Assembly (NCBI GenBank): GCA_019058445.1
Contig: JAHPZA010000006.1
Coordinates: forward strand, 96,001-160,000
Length of the DNA: 64,000 bases
Source of the DNA: Promethearchaeota archaeon
Lineage (GTDB): Archaea; Asgardarchaeota; Lokiarchaeia; Sigyniarchaeales; SOKP01
Reading direction: 5' to 3'
Below are positions 1 to 9,768 of this stretch, piece by piece. The position numbers and the translations under genes were made by a program. The notes under the pieces were generated by a model. The model saw only the letters and a program-made list of their open reading frames with translations. It was not told the origin of the DNA and did no database searches. Position 1 is the stretch's first letter; every line of letters begins with the position of its first letter.

Positions 1-2
1 TT

Positions 3-617
3 GGTACTTACTTTATCCTTATTACTATTTATACCGCCTATTTGGTGTTAAAGGTCTTTTTAGGATTTACTAATGGGACTGGAGAACCTTCAATTTTTAC
101 AATAATCGGATTGTTAGTTTTAGATCTATTTATTCTATTATATTCAATTAGCTCTATCATAGGTAAGCAAGGTGAGTTTCTAGCGGAACGTTTTAAACGC
201 TTTAAGCAAGAGACTTTAATACTCTGGTTAATTTTTTCTAAAGCGGCATGGGAATTCGCAGTTTATTTTCCATACGGAACCCTGGGTGTTCCTCAGGCTC
301 TTGGGATACCACCTCAAGCTTTTGGGGTTACATATTATACCCAATTAGGGACAATTGTAGTGACCGTGACCAATATAATGGTTTTAATAATTTTTATAAT
401 TCTTATTGTAGTTTTTGGTTATATTGGAATACAGGGTTATGATGAAGAGAAGCTACGACTAAAAGCAGGTAAAATTGACGTATGGCTCTCTAGAAAATCC
501 GGTGAAAGACCTGAACATGTTAGACATGTAAGTAAAGTACAGAAAATTGACAAAGAGATTGAAAATAAAATAGTTGAAACTGATACTTCTGAATCAAAAG
601 ATGAATCTGATCAATAA
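3..617 (+). CDS. Multi-pass membrane protein, 5'-truncated by the window edge
   Basis: The reading frame is open from position 3. It has several hydrophobic segments and a charged C-terminal tail, with no recognisable family motif. Confidence 0.7.
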   Translation, partial: GTYFILITIYTAYLVLKVFLGFTNGTGEPSIFTIIGLLVLDLFILLYSISSIIGKQGEFLAERFKRFKQETLILWLIFSKAAWEFAVYFPYGTLGVPQALGIPPQAFGVTYYTQLGTIVVTVTNIMVLIIFIILIVVFGYIGIQGYDEEKLRLKAGKIDVWLSRKSGERPEHVRHVSKVQKIDKEIENKIVETDTSESKDESDQ

Positions 618-678
618 AATAAGCTAAAAAAGGATTAAATTAATCACTCAATTTTTTTTCTTGCAAATTAGTGTATAA

Positions 679-1890
679 CTAATTGGATTTTAGACCTATT
701 AACTCATGTGATTTCTCCCAAGAGTATGAATTGATTGATTTTATTTTATATTTGAAATCTTCTATTGAATAACTATTTTCATTTAATAAAATCTTATTCA
801 CTTTAGTGATTATTTCGTTTTCGACAATTTCTAAATTTCTTAAATAGTTTTTCCTTTCAGATCCCATACCCCAACTTTTAAATGATGCGATAGCCAAAGA
901 ATGTTGACACCAAAACCAGTTAGGATTAATTTTTGCATAAGGCCCGGGCTCAATTACTCTTTGATCTTCGATTGGAAAGGTATATGGTTTATATATACTT
1001 AGACATGGAAGAGTACTGCCCGTAAACCAATGAATCGATTTCTTTCCTTGTCTTAAATGAGAAACTTGAGATCCTGTAGATTCAAATCCTCCATGCATAC
1101 AAATTCCAGCATCATGCTCTCTTAAAAACTCCATCATCAATTTAGGAGTAATATTATCTTTATTATCTCGGAGTAATATCGTTGATTTACCCCCTCTAGA
1201 ATAGGGAGAAGGTTCTTCAGAATAGTAAGATCCTGTGAAAGTTGAGACAAAGTCAAATTCATTATCATTTTTACAATACCCTTGTTCTACTGCATGTTGA
1301 ATAATACCTTCTCTTCTGAGATCTCCTTTCCCTCTTATGGAGAGTTCATTCGAAATCGATCTTACATTTTGTACTTTTTCAGCAATCCACCAATCATCTA
1401 CAGTTTCTAAAACATAAGCTTCCCTAGGGTCAGCGATAATATATGAATTATGGTATGTCCAACTAGGATCATTATAAGCACAACCTCCTCCTTGATGATG
1501 TTCTTCTAATAATTCTGTCATTATTGTAAGTGCGTTCAACGCAGTTTTTCCCCTTTCTAATCCTAACCTTAATAAATCCATTCCTAACAGACCAATAGTT
1601 CTTAAAGGCTCATGGGAATAGACAGCTTCGTTTCCAATGGCAACTCCATATTCATTGCATCCCATTTCTGCACCCCATATCCACCAAGGTTGACTTAAAA
1701 GAATTTTAAAGGTTTCAGATACTTGTGGAATTGAAATATATGTACAATGTAATTCCTCTCCCTTAGAATATCTTCTTCTAGGAACATAGGTTATTAATTG
1801 AACTTCATTCTGAGGCCTGTCACTGTTCTTTCCAAAAATAACACTGTTATCTTTTGTTGAATTGGCCAATGCTACAAAAGTATCACACAA
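679..1890 (-). CDS. Secernin / peptidase C69 family Ntn-hydrolase (copy 2, TTG start)
   Basis: N-terminal (M)CDTFVA nucleophile Cys, plus IFGKNSDRP, WGAEMGCNEYGVAIGNEA and LLGMDLLRLGLERG, as in secernins. Confidence 0.9.
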   Translation of the reverse strand: MCDTFVALANSTKDNSVIFGKNSDRPQNEVQLITYVPRRRYSKGEELHCTYISIPQVSETFKILLSQPWWIWGAEMGCNEYGVAIGNEAVYSHEPLRTIGLLGMDLLRLGLERGKTALNALTIMTELLEEHHQGGGCAYNDPSWTYHNSYIIADPREAYVLETVDDWWIAEKVQNVRSISNELSIRGKGDLRREGIIQHAVEQGYCKNDNEFDFVSTFTGSYYSEEPSPYSRGGKSTILLRDNKDNITPKLMMEFLREHDAGICMHGGFESTGSQVSHLRQGKKSIHWFTGSTLPCLSIYKPYTFPIEDQRVIEPGPYAKINPNWFWCQHSLAIASFKSWGMGSERKNYLRNLEIVENEIITKVNKILLNENSYSIEDFKYKIKSINSYSWEKSHELIGLKSN

Positions 1891-3093
1891 TTATTTAATC
1901 ATCTCTTCTGACTTTTTCCATGCGTCTGTATTTATCTCTTTAATTTTATTTATGAATTCCTCGTTAGATAAGGAATTTTCTTGTTGAATAACTTCATCAA
2001 CCCTCTTTAATATCTTATTTTCATAGTTTCTTAGCTTTTCATAATAGGAATTTCTCTCGGGTCTATCTATTTTAGGCTTTTTAGTGAGATCTTTTACAAA
2101 ATTATCATGCCGACTCCAAAACCAATCTGGATTTATATCTGTATAGGGGCCAGGTTTTAAGATCTTATCTTCATCTAATGGAAATACATATGGCTTAAAT
2201 ATACCAAGGCAAGGAATTGTGTTTCCTGTAAACCAATGAATTGATTTTTTCGCTTTTCTCAAATGGGATACTTGTGATCCTACAGAACGATCGCTTCGAC
2301 CATGCATACATATTCCAACTTTATGTTCTCTTAAAAAATTCATCATCATCCCAGGTCTAATATTACCTTTATTTTGAGCTAACTGATTTAATGAACATCC
2401 ATCTCTACTTTCTAAGGGAAATTCTTCAGGTAAAGGAGAAGGAGAGAATATTATTTTAAAGTTAAAATCATTATCATCCTTACAATAACCTTGTTCTATT
2501 GCATGTTGGATTATACCCTGCTTTCTCATATCACCTTTACCCCTAATAGAGATATTATTAGATATAGAGCGATAATCCCTAACATTTTCTACAATCCACC
2601 AATCTCCAGCAGTTTCTAAAACATAAGCTTCGACTGGATCCGTGATAATCATTGAATTGTGATAGTTTAATCCTTTTTTGTTATGAGCTCCCCCTTGTCC
2701 ATATTTTTCTAATAATCCAATGATAATTTCTAATGATTCTTTTGCTGTTTTACCTCTTTCTAATCCTAGCCTTAATAAATCCATTCCTAAAAGCCCAATT
2801 GGCTTGAGCGGTTCCTTAGTCGCTACTGCTTCATTACCAATGGCAACTCCATATTCATTGCATCCCATTTCACATCCATACATCCAATAGGGCTGACTCA
2901 TTATTATTGCGGCAGTTTCGTTAACTTGGGGGATCGAAATATGAGTACATTGAACTTCTTCTCCCTTTGGATACTTTATACGAGGAAGATAAGTAATTAA
3001 TTGAGCTTCATTGCTAAGTCTATCACTATTCTTTCCAAAAATTACACTTTTATCCTTAGAAGCAGAGGTTAAGCTAACAAATGTATCACACAT
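1891..3093 (-). CDS. Secernin / peptidase C69 family Ntn-hydrolase (copy 1)
   Basis: MCDTFV, FGKNSDR, EMGCNEYGVAIGNEA and GMDLLRLGLERG; colinear paralog of the adjacent gene. Confidence 0.9.
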   Translation of the reverse strand: MCDTFVSLTSASKDKSVIFGKNSDRLSNEAQLITYLPRIKYPKGEEVQCTHISIPQVNETAAIIMSQPYWMYGCEMGCNEYGVAIGNEAVATKEPLKPIGLLGMDLLRLGLERGKTAKESLEIIIGLLEKYGQGGAHNKKGLNYHNSMIITDPVEAYVLETAGDWWIVENVRDYRSISNNISIRGKGDMRKQGIIQHAIEQGYCKDDNDFNFKIIFSPSPLPEEFPLESRDGCSLNQLAQNKGNIRPGMMMNFLREHKVGICMHGRSDRSVGSQVSHLRKAKKSIHWFTGNTIPCLGIFKPYVFPLDEDKILKPGPYTDINPDWFWSRHDNFVKDLTKKPKIDRPERNSYYEKLRNYENKILKRVDEVIQQENSLSNEEFINKIKEINTDAWKKSEEMIK

Positions 3094-3229
3094 AATTTTT
3101 ATCCTTAAATATCATTTTATTTTTTTATGTAATTCTTTAATTTCTTTTAGGTTAAATTGAAAAAAAATATTATTATTATTTAACTAACTTAACTATTGTT
3201 ATTTATTTTTCAAGATATACTGAAGGATA

Positions 3230-5026
3230 TTGACCAGAGAAAAAGTAAAGGTTTGGATATTTTCATTTGAATACGCTGGTATTGCCAAAGTGGGAGGTCT
3301 TGGCGAGGTTCCAGCTAACCAAGCAAAGTATTTAAAAAATGATTTTGAAGTAACTGTTTTTTTGCCCTCTCACGGTCAAATTGAACAATTAAAAGGTGTC
3401 ACTGAATTAGAAAAATTGCCTTTTACTAGTAAGCACCAAGTAGATTTTAACCAGGATGGAATAACAGAATTAAAATTTTCTTGTGAGATCTCCTATTTTA
3501 AATGTAAATTAAATGGAATAAATATCATATTGTTATCAGGGGAGAACTCTACTACAAGTAAATATATTGATGATCCTATTGTTTATAATCCCGAAACTTT
3601 ATCTTGTAAAATACTTATTTACAGCATTGGATTGCGATTATATGTAAGAAATATAGTTGAAAATGGAGGGAATACTTTACCAAGTATTGTTCATATGCAT
3701 GATTATCATGTAGTAATCCCTTTTATAAGTATAAAACAAGAATTAATGAAAAATGGTATGGATGTTGCTTCACTTATAACAATTCATCTTTTAACTTGGC
3801 CAAGATATGGTATTGACTTTTACTATGCATGTGGCATTAATAGAGCTCCCATAAAAACTCTTCTAAATGAAGGATTCAAATCATTAACTATACAAGAAAT
3901 TTTCGATCTATGTAAAGATTCTCAAAAAGCGGGGGAAGAATACAATCCGCCTTCAGTAGAAAAGATTGGTGCAATTTGCAGCGATTTGGTCACAACGGTA
4001 AGCAAATCATATTTATATTCAGATATTATACCTAATCTTGGAAAAAGCTTAATTGATTTTAAATCGGATTTTGTATGGGATGGATGTGATTGGGATTACG
4101 AGGAGACTTATAAAAATGTAATTGATAAACTAGGTAACGAGATTTGTGAAGTGCTACAAATTCCAAATAAGTCTTTAATAACTAAAACACACATGAAAGA
4201 TTATTTATTAACCTATAAAATCAATCATTTAAAGCAGAGTCCTCTAATCAAGTCAGAAAAGGTATTATCCGCAATTAATGAGATTTCTAATGGAGACCCT
4301 TTTATTAAAAATGGGGTGATTAAAGCTTTTGATAAATCCGGTCCATTGGTAATTGCTACTGGAAGGATCTCACATCAAAAAGGTTTTGAGACCATACTAG
4401 AAGCAATTCCAGAGGTTATACAAATTATTCCTAAAGCAAAATTCTTACTTCTCTTACTTCCAACTGAATATAGTTTGAATGAAATTAAAAAGTATGCTCA
4501 GTTTGTTAAAAAGTATCCTAAAAACCTTCGCATAGTTTTTGGAATCGCAGCAGAAATTTTTCAAATTGCCCATATTGGAGCAGATGCATATTGTGCATTA
4601 TCTCGATGGGAACCTTTTGGTATCATTGCATTAGAGGCAATGGCATCAAAGTTACCAGTAATCGCAACCAAAGTAGGAGGTTTACAAGAATCTGTTATCG
4701 ATATCCGAAAAGACCCTGAAAATGGTACAGGCATTCTAATTAATAAAGATAATCCATCTGAATTTGCAAAAATGCTAATTAATCTTTTATTATTAGCAGA
4801 ACTTTCTGAACGATTTAAGGATTCAAATGGTAATGAAGAGAGAGAAAAATTAAAAATAATTAATCTAATTCCAGATGAGTTATTAAAATCTTATGCAATA
4901 CGAGACATTGATTTTTATACTAAGATCAGAGAAAATTGCATTAAACGTGTAAATACTAATTTTAGATGGAATATTGTTACCAAAAAGCTTATTTCATTAT
5001 ATAAAAAGCTGCTAGAATTATTTTAA
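3230..5026 (+). CDS. glgA: Glycogen/starch synthase (GT5, GT-B fold)
   Basis: AKVGGLGEV (KxGGL) motif, HMHDYH, GRISHQKG and SRWEPFGIIALEAM. Confidence 0.85.
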   Translation: MTREKVKVWIFSFEYAGIAKVGGLGEVPANQAKYLKNDFEVTVFLPSHGQIEQLKGVTELEKLPFTSKHQVDFNQDGITELKFSCEISYFKCKLNGINIILLSGENSTTSKYIDDPIVYNPETLSCKILIYSIGLRLYVRNIVENGGNTLPSIVHMHDYHVVIPFISIKQELMKNGMDVASLITIHLLTWPRYGIDFYYACGINRAPIKTLLNEGFKSLTIQEIFDLCKDSQKAGEEYNPPSVEKIGAICSDLVTTVSKSYLYSDIIPNLGKSLIDFKSDFVWDGCDWDYEETYKNVIDKLGNEICEVLQIPNKSLITKTHMKDYLLTYKINHLKQSPLIKSEKVLSAINEISNGDPFIKNGVIKAFDKSGPLVIATGRISHQKGFETILEAIPEVIQIIPKAKFLLLLLPTEYSLNEIKKYAQFVKKYPKNLRIVFGIAAEIFQIAHIGADAYCALSRWEPFGIIALEAMASKLPVIATKVGGLQESVIDIRKDPENGTGILINKDNPSEFAKMLINLLLLAELSERFKDSNGNEEREKLKIINLIPDELLKSYAIRDIDFYTKIRENCIKRVNTNFRWNIVTKKLISLYKKLLELF

Positions 5027-5132
5027 TTAATTTTTATAAGATATTGAATTTATTACAAAAAATTTAAATAATTTAATTAAGACTTATTATTTACATTTTT
5101 AACCAGATTCATCAACAAAAAAAGGAGTTATT

Positions 5133-5858
5133 ATGGCATTATCAGATTTAACCGAATTCGAATTCTTAACAGGATTTTTTGCCTTAATTTTTGTATTAAT
5201 TTCTTTGATAATTGGACTTATGATTTTTTCAAAGTATTTCTCTACTAAACAAAAAACATTTATTACTGTTGGCCTCACTTGGATTTTCCTATCTACAGCG
5301 TATTTATCAAGATCTATTGATTTTATACTTGTCATTTTTTTCAATACCTATCTTGATGAGTTCATTTTCCTACTTTTAATGAACATATTTATTCCATTAG
5401 TGATAATATGCTGGAGTTATTCATTTTCCAGTCTAGTTTTCCCTCATTTACGAAAAAAAATTGTATTTATCTTCACTATAGTTGGTGCAGTTTATGAAAT
5501 TCTTCTAATTATATTTTTGTTAACAAACCCAAGACTTGTGGGTTTTGTGGAAGGTTTTTATGCTGAATTTGCACCATTTACAATTTCACTTCAATTGTTA
5601 GCAATTATTGTTTTCTTGATTGGAGGTATATTTATCATACGAAATTCTTTTAGATCAGATGATCAAAAAATTAGATGGAAGGGTAAGTTTTTGATGATAG
5701 CTTTTATCTCATTTACTTGTGCAACAGTATATGACTCTGCAGCACCCTTAACTCCTGTATTATTTACAATAATGAGGTTAGTATTGATATCAAGCAGCAT
5801 AGAATTTTATCTTGGATTTTTTCTCCCAGATTCTATTGCAAAAAGATTAGTTGAATAA
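5133..5858 (+). CDS. Stand-alone ~7-TM membrane protein
   Basis: Seven hydrophobic segments in 241 aa, no soluble domain, and an AAGGAG SD upstream. Confidence 0.7.
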   Translation: MALSDLTEFEFLTGFFALIFVLISLIIGLMIFSKYFSTKQKTFITVGLTWIFLSTAYLSRSIDFILVIFFNTYLDEFIFLLLMNIFIPLVIICWSYSFSSLVFPHLRKKIVFIFTIVGAVYEILLIIFLLTNPRLVGFVEGFYAEFAPFTISLQLLAIIVFLIGGIFIIRNSFRSDDQKIRWKGKFLMIAFISFTCATVYDSAAPLTPVLFTIMRLVLISSSIEFYLGFFLPDSIAKRLVE

Positions 5859-6002
5859 TCAACTTTAGTTTAAAACAAAAATCTCTTTTTTTTTATTAAA
5901 ATATTTCTAATTGAAGTTTTTTTGCATTCTATTATCTAAGTTAAATCAAATATGAAATAATTGTTCTTATATATATTTATTAAAATAGATAGTCTTTAAA
6001 AT

Positions 6003-7385
6003 TCAATTATTAAGAATAAATTTCATTTTTTCTACCGGATTCCATAATTCCTCAGCTTTTTGCACCCATTCATTGAAATATTCAGGATTTTCTGGAAATT
6101 TTTCGTAATGCTTTCGAATTTTATCTGAAATTTTCATGTATTTTAGCATGGAATTTAATGTTGATCGAGAAAATTGCTGCGTAATCAAACCCCAAATAAA
6201 TACGGCTATGATTTTAATCATTCTTCCAAAATTGATGTGCAATTCGTGATACTGGTTCATATGCTCGAAATCTTTTCCACTAAAAATAATATTTTTTTTG
6301 AACAAGTATTCCATTTCCTTTTTAGTAGTGTTTGCTGCAACTGGAATTTGAGCAAGTAAAGCTGCTAATTTAGCTCCAATATCCCTATAATATCGGATAT
6401 TTATGTCCCATAATTCATTCTTAGATACATAATTGGGTGATTTTAATGCTTTAATAAATACATCAGTAGCAATTTTAGCAACAATCCAAGATAATGATAT
6501 ACCCTCACCATTAAATGGTTTAGTCATACATGCACTATCACCTATGCAAAAAAATCCATCTCCTACTAAAGAATAAGGTGAGCGTCGATACACTGTTGTA
6601 GCTTTATGTTCCTCTAAAATTTCATAGGGGGGAAAATGTATGTTCTCTAAGAAAATTTTATTTGCCTTTTCGACATTTTCATATCCTCCTGGTTGACCAT
6701 TCCCAAAGATATTGGCTTTAGATGCAAAGTGAGGGGCAATCCAATTTTTATAATACATCCAAGTGTTGGATTTCGCTTCCGTACCAGGGTGGGGTTCATC
6801 AGGTTTAAGCCATCGTATAACTCGTTGAATTACATACATTTTCTCATCATCATTTATATTAAATGTCTCTATTCCATAATTTTCTGGAAGAGAACTACGC
6901 ACAACCGCATTTGTACCAGAGGCATCTACAATAATCCTTCCAAAATATTCATATTCTTCATTAATTTTCTTAATAACAATACCAATTAATTTATTTTTAT
7001 CGAAGATTCCACATTTAAATCGACTTGAAAATTCAAACTGAAGCCCATCTGCTTCAGAAATTTTTATTAATCTTTGAATAAAAAAAGGAAATCTCATAGC
7101 AATCACGGGCCAATTCATTTTTTTGACTATCTTTCCAGAGGGAGAATAATGATTTGTAATATTGAATGACGTTATATATTCATCAGTCTCAGGACTAGGT
7201 GGGGGTACTCCAAATTCGTCAAAGGTATAGGCATCCATATGAAATTGGTCCATCTTTGATCCCACTTCAGTTCTTGAATCCCTTTCAAAAATTATTGTCC
7301 TTATACCCTTTTTTTCTAATTCCCATCCTAAATATATTCCAGCAGGTCCTGCACCTATAATTAGAACATCATATTTTTTATTCAT
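6003..7385 (-). CDS. FAD-dependent oxidoreductase, geranylgeranyl reductase-like
   Basis: YDVLIIGAGPAG dinucleotide-binding motif, IVDASG and IGDSACMTKPFNGEGI. Start reassigned to ATG at 7385 (MNKKYD) to avoid overlapping xpd. Confidence 0.8.
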   Translation of the reverse strand: MNKKYDVLIIGAGPAGIYLGWELEKKGIRTIIFERDSRTEVGSKMDQFHMDAYTFDEFGVPPPSPETDEYITSFNITNHYSPSGKIVKKMNWPVIAMRFPFFIQRLIKISEADGLQFEFSSRFKCGIFDKNKLIGIVIKKINEEYEYFGRIIVDASGTNAVVRSSLPENYGIETFNINDDEKMYVIQRVIRWLKPDEPHPGTEAKSNTWMYYKNWIAPHFASKANIFGNGQPGGYENVEKANKIFLENIHFPPYEILEEHKATTVYRRSPYSLVGDGFFCIGDSACMTKPFNGEGISLSWIVAKIATDVFIKALKSPNYVSKNELWDINIRYYRDIGAKLAALLAQIPVAANTTKKEMEYLFKKNIIFSGKDFEHMNQYHELHINFGRMIKIIAVFIWGLITQQFSRSTLNSMLKYMKISDKIRKHYEKFPENPEYFNEWVQKAEELWNPVEKMKFILNN

Positions 7386-7462
7386 AGTTGACGAAAAACT
7401 GAAATGAATAAAAAGATTGGTAAAATAATCAATAAAAATGAAAATGGTATACGTTTTAAAAT

Positions 7463-9649
7463 TTAATTCGAGTTCCAAAATGGATATAAATGTTGAATAA
7501 TGGCATTTTTTTTATCGGGAACAATTTCTAATTCATTCCTAATCCAATCAGATATCCATTTATACTTGTTTTTAAATCTAGAATCCATGAAAATGATTGC
7601 CCCTTTATCCACTATTTTTCTTATTGGTCGACCAGACGCTTGATTTGCCCGTTGAACAGCAGGATACAAATAAGCAAAATTCCAACCCTGCTTGTTAAAT
7701 ACTTTATCATAGTATTCTATTTTTGCAGTAACTCGAGGAGTTGGTAAGTGATATGGGAATCCAGCAATAATTACCGCATTCATAAAATCTCCGGGATAAT
7801 CTTCGCCTTCTGAATTTCTTCCCCCGCATACTCCTAATAAAACGGCTCCTTTTCCAGGATTGCTTGCCATAGATTTAAAATCATTTACTAAAAAAGCATT
7901 TTCTGAGGCAGATAGTCCCGGTTCTTCCACAAACAATTTTTTTCTGTTTTTTTCTGCGATAGCTTCAAGTCCATTATCACGTAAACCTTTTAGTATCTTA
8001 TAGGAAGCACAAAAAATACCTACATTCGCAGGAGTACAATATAAAACTTCATTTATTTTATTCAATATTTTTTTATACATTGAAGGTGTCCTATTTTCTC
8101 TTTTGGTATCCACACCTTCTGTTATAATTGCTTTAATATTTTGTTTTTTAAATGGAGAATCTGCAATAATTCCTTTATAACTTTTTCCACTTTCATGTAA
8201 ACCCATTAAATGATTAAAGACATATGGATTTACGGTTCCAGAAAGATTTAGAGATGTGTAACAATTTTTTAAAATAGGTACGGCAATTTCCCTAGGATCT
8301 AATGCCACAATTTCAAGAGCTATCGTTTTTCTTTCTTTTACTTTCTGAATATTATAACAAAAGAAATAATTTTCTAATGAATAAGTTTTAATCCACTTTA
8401 ACCAAAAATCTGCTAAAGCACCCACGAAATCTCTTGAAATTTCACCATTAGCTAGCTTTTCTTCATGGATTGCTGCACTAAATTCGTAAAGATCCTTAAT
8501 AAAATTTTCATATTCGTTTAAATCGGCAAATCCAAGCTTTTTATGAATTTTTTCCAAAAATATATCGGGAGCTATTGCCTTTTCTTCAGTTTTCAGTATC
8601 TGCTTTTTACGATCAAGATGATCATACAAAATATTAACAAAGCTTTGCATTAATATAGGTGATTGATACATTTCCAAGTCTTTCAAACAAATTCTTAATG
8701 AATATGGGGTTATTCTCTCCGAATTTACATCTGTTGCTACATCAATAATATTATGACATTCATCAATTACTAAGATACATTTATTAACTTCAGTGCCTAT
8801 AAATTTTAGAAATGACTCTCTTATGGAAGGATTAAAGATCCAATTATAATTACAAATTATAATTCGCATTTCTTCCAATAAGAATTTAGATAAAAAATAA
8901 GGGCATAACTTATTTTTAGTACAGAATTTTATAAGATCCTCAGCATCAATTGGTTTTTCGAATAGATTTGGAGCTATTAATATAGGTTTATCGAATTCAT
9001 CTCGTTTTTTTAATAAATTTAAGAAATGAGTACAATTTCTATTTTTTCTTAAGTCTCTACATACGGCCATTGATTCTCGAGGATTTAATTTCAAGGATAA
9101 TAATGTTTTATTAAGACACATTTCATTACGTCCCCGTATCGATATACCATTTATTTTAGCTCCTCCTTTAATGGAATTTATCTTTACAAATTCTGAAATT
9201 TTAATTAATTCCTTAATAACTCTCGTATTTTGAGAGTGGGTCCTGCAGAGATAAATCAATTTTAAGTTTTTTTCAATTACAATTGGAAGAAGGCTGCTTA
9301 AAGCCATAATTGTCTTACCAGTGCCATTTGGGGCGACTAATAAAACAATCTTTTTAGCCCTTGCGCTCTCTTCGATTTGTTTAATAATATCTTCTTGCGA
9401 CTCTCTAAATTGCTCATAAGGAAAAAAATGGAAATAATTAATTTTATTTGATAATTGCGACTTATTCAATATTTTAATTTTTTTTTTATGATTTAGCTCA
9501 TTAGAAATGTGTTTATCTTTTTTAATAATAAGATCAGCTTCAATTTTTAATTTTTCACCCCTCTTGCTCCAATAATTACCACAAACTTTACAATAAAAAC
9601 TCTCTTTCTTGGGATATAAGAGATTTCCACAATCGGGGCAAAATTTCAT
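7463..9649 (-). CDS. xpd: XPD/Rad3 Fe-S SF2 DNA helicase with an N-terminal zinc ribbon
   Basis: Q motif (FRESQ), Walker A APNGTGKT, RTHSQ, Fe-S Cys (NEMC, AVCRD, RNCTH, LCPYF), DECH, LSGT, SEGEDY and QASGRPIR. Confidence 0.9.
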   Translation of the reverse strand: MKFCPDCGNLLYPKKESFYCKVCGNYWSKRGEKLKIEADLIIKKDKHISNELNHKKKIKILNKSQLSNKINYFHFFPYEQFRESQEDIIKQIEESARAKKIVLLVAPNGTGKTIMALSSLLPIVIEKNLKLIYLCRTHSQNTRVIKELIKISEFVKINSIKGGAKINGISIRGRNEMCLNKTLLSLKLNPRESMAVCRDLRKNRNCTHFLNLLKKRDEFDKPILIAPNLFEKPIDAEDLIKFCTKNKLCPYFLSKFLLEEMRIIICNYNWIFNPSIRESFLKFIGTEVNKCILVIDECHNIIDVATDVNSERITPYSLRICLKDLEMYQSPILMQSFVNILYDHLDRKKQILKTEEKAIAPDIFLEKIHKKLGFADLNEYENFIKDLYEFSAAIHEEKLANGEISRDFVGALADFWLKWIKTYSLENYFFCYNIQKVKERKTIALEIVALDPREIAVPILKNCYTSLNLSGTVNPYVFNHLMGLHESGKSYKGIIADSPFKKQNIKAIITEGVDTKRENRTPSMYKKILNKINEVLYCTPANVGIFCASYKILKGLRDNGLEAIAEKNRKKLFVEEPGLSASENAFLVNDFKSMASNPGKGAVLLGVCGGRNSEGEDYPGDFMNAVIIAGFPYHLPTPRVTAKIEYYDKVFNKQGWNFAYLYPAVQRANQASGRPIRKIVDKGAIIFMDSRFKNKYKWISDWIRNELEIVPDKKNAIIQHLYPFWNSN

Positions 9650-9768
9650 AAATAATTTCCCTTAAATTTAAGTTTAATAGTTGAACTGATTGAACATTTA
9701 TATTTGTAAAGACTATAAAAGTTTAATTATTAAGATTATTTTTAAATAAAAACAAGTTATCTGTTAGT

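Noticed and set aside
5133-5858. 7-TM proteins as rhodopsins
   Set aside because: There is no retinal-binding Lys in the last helix of either 7-TM protein.
6003-7385. Specific call as digeranylgeranylglycerophospholipid reductase
   Set aside because: The YxWxFP signature is degenerate (YKNWIAP), so only a family-level call is supported.
7386-7478. N-terminal 31-aa extension of the GGR-like ORF
   Set aside because: It overlaps the xpd 3' end and precedes the natural MNKKYDVLIIGAG Rossmann start.
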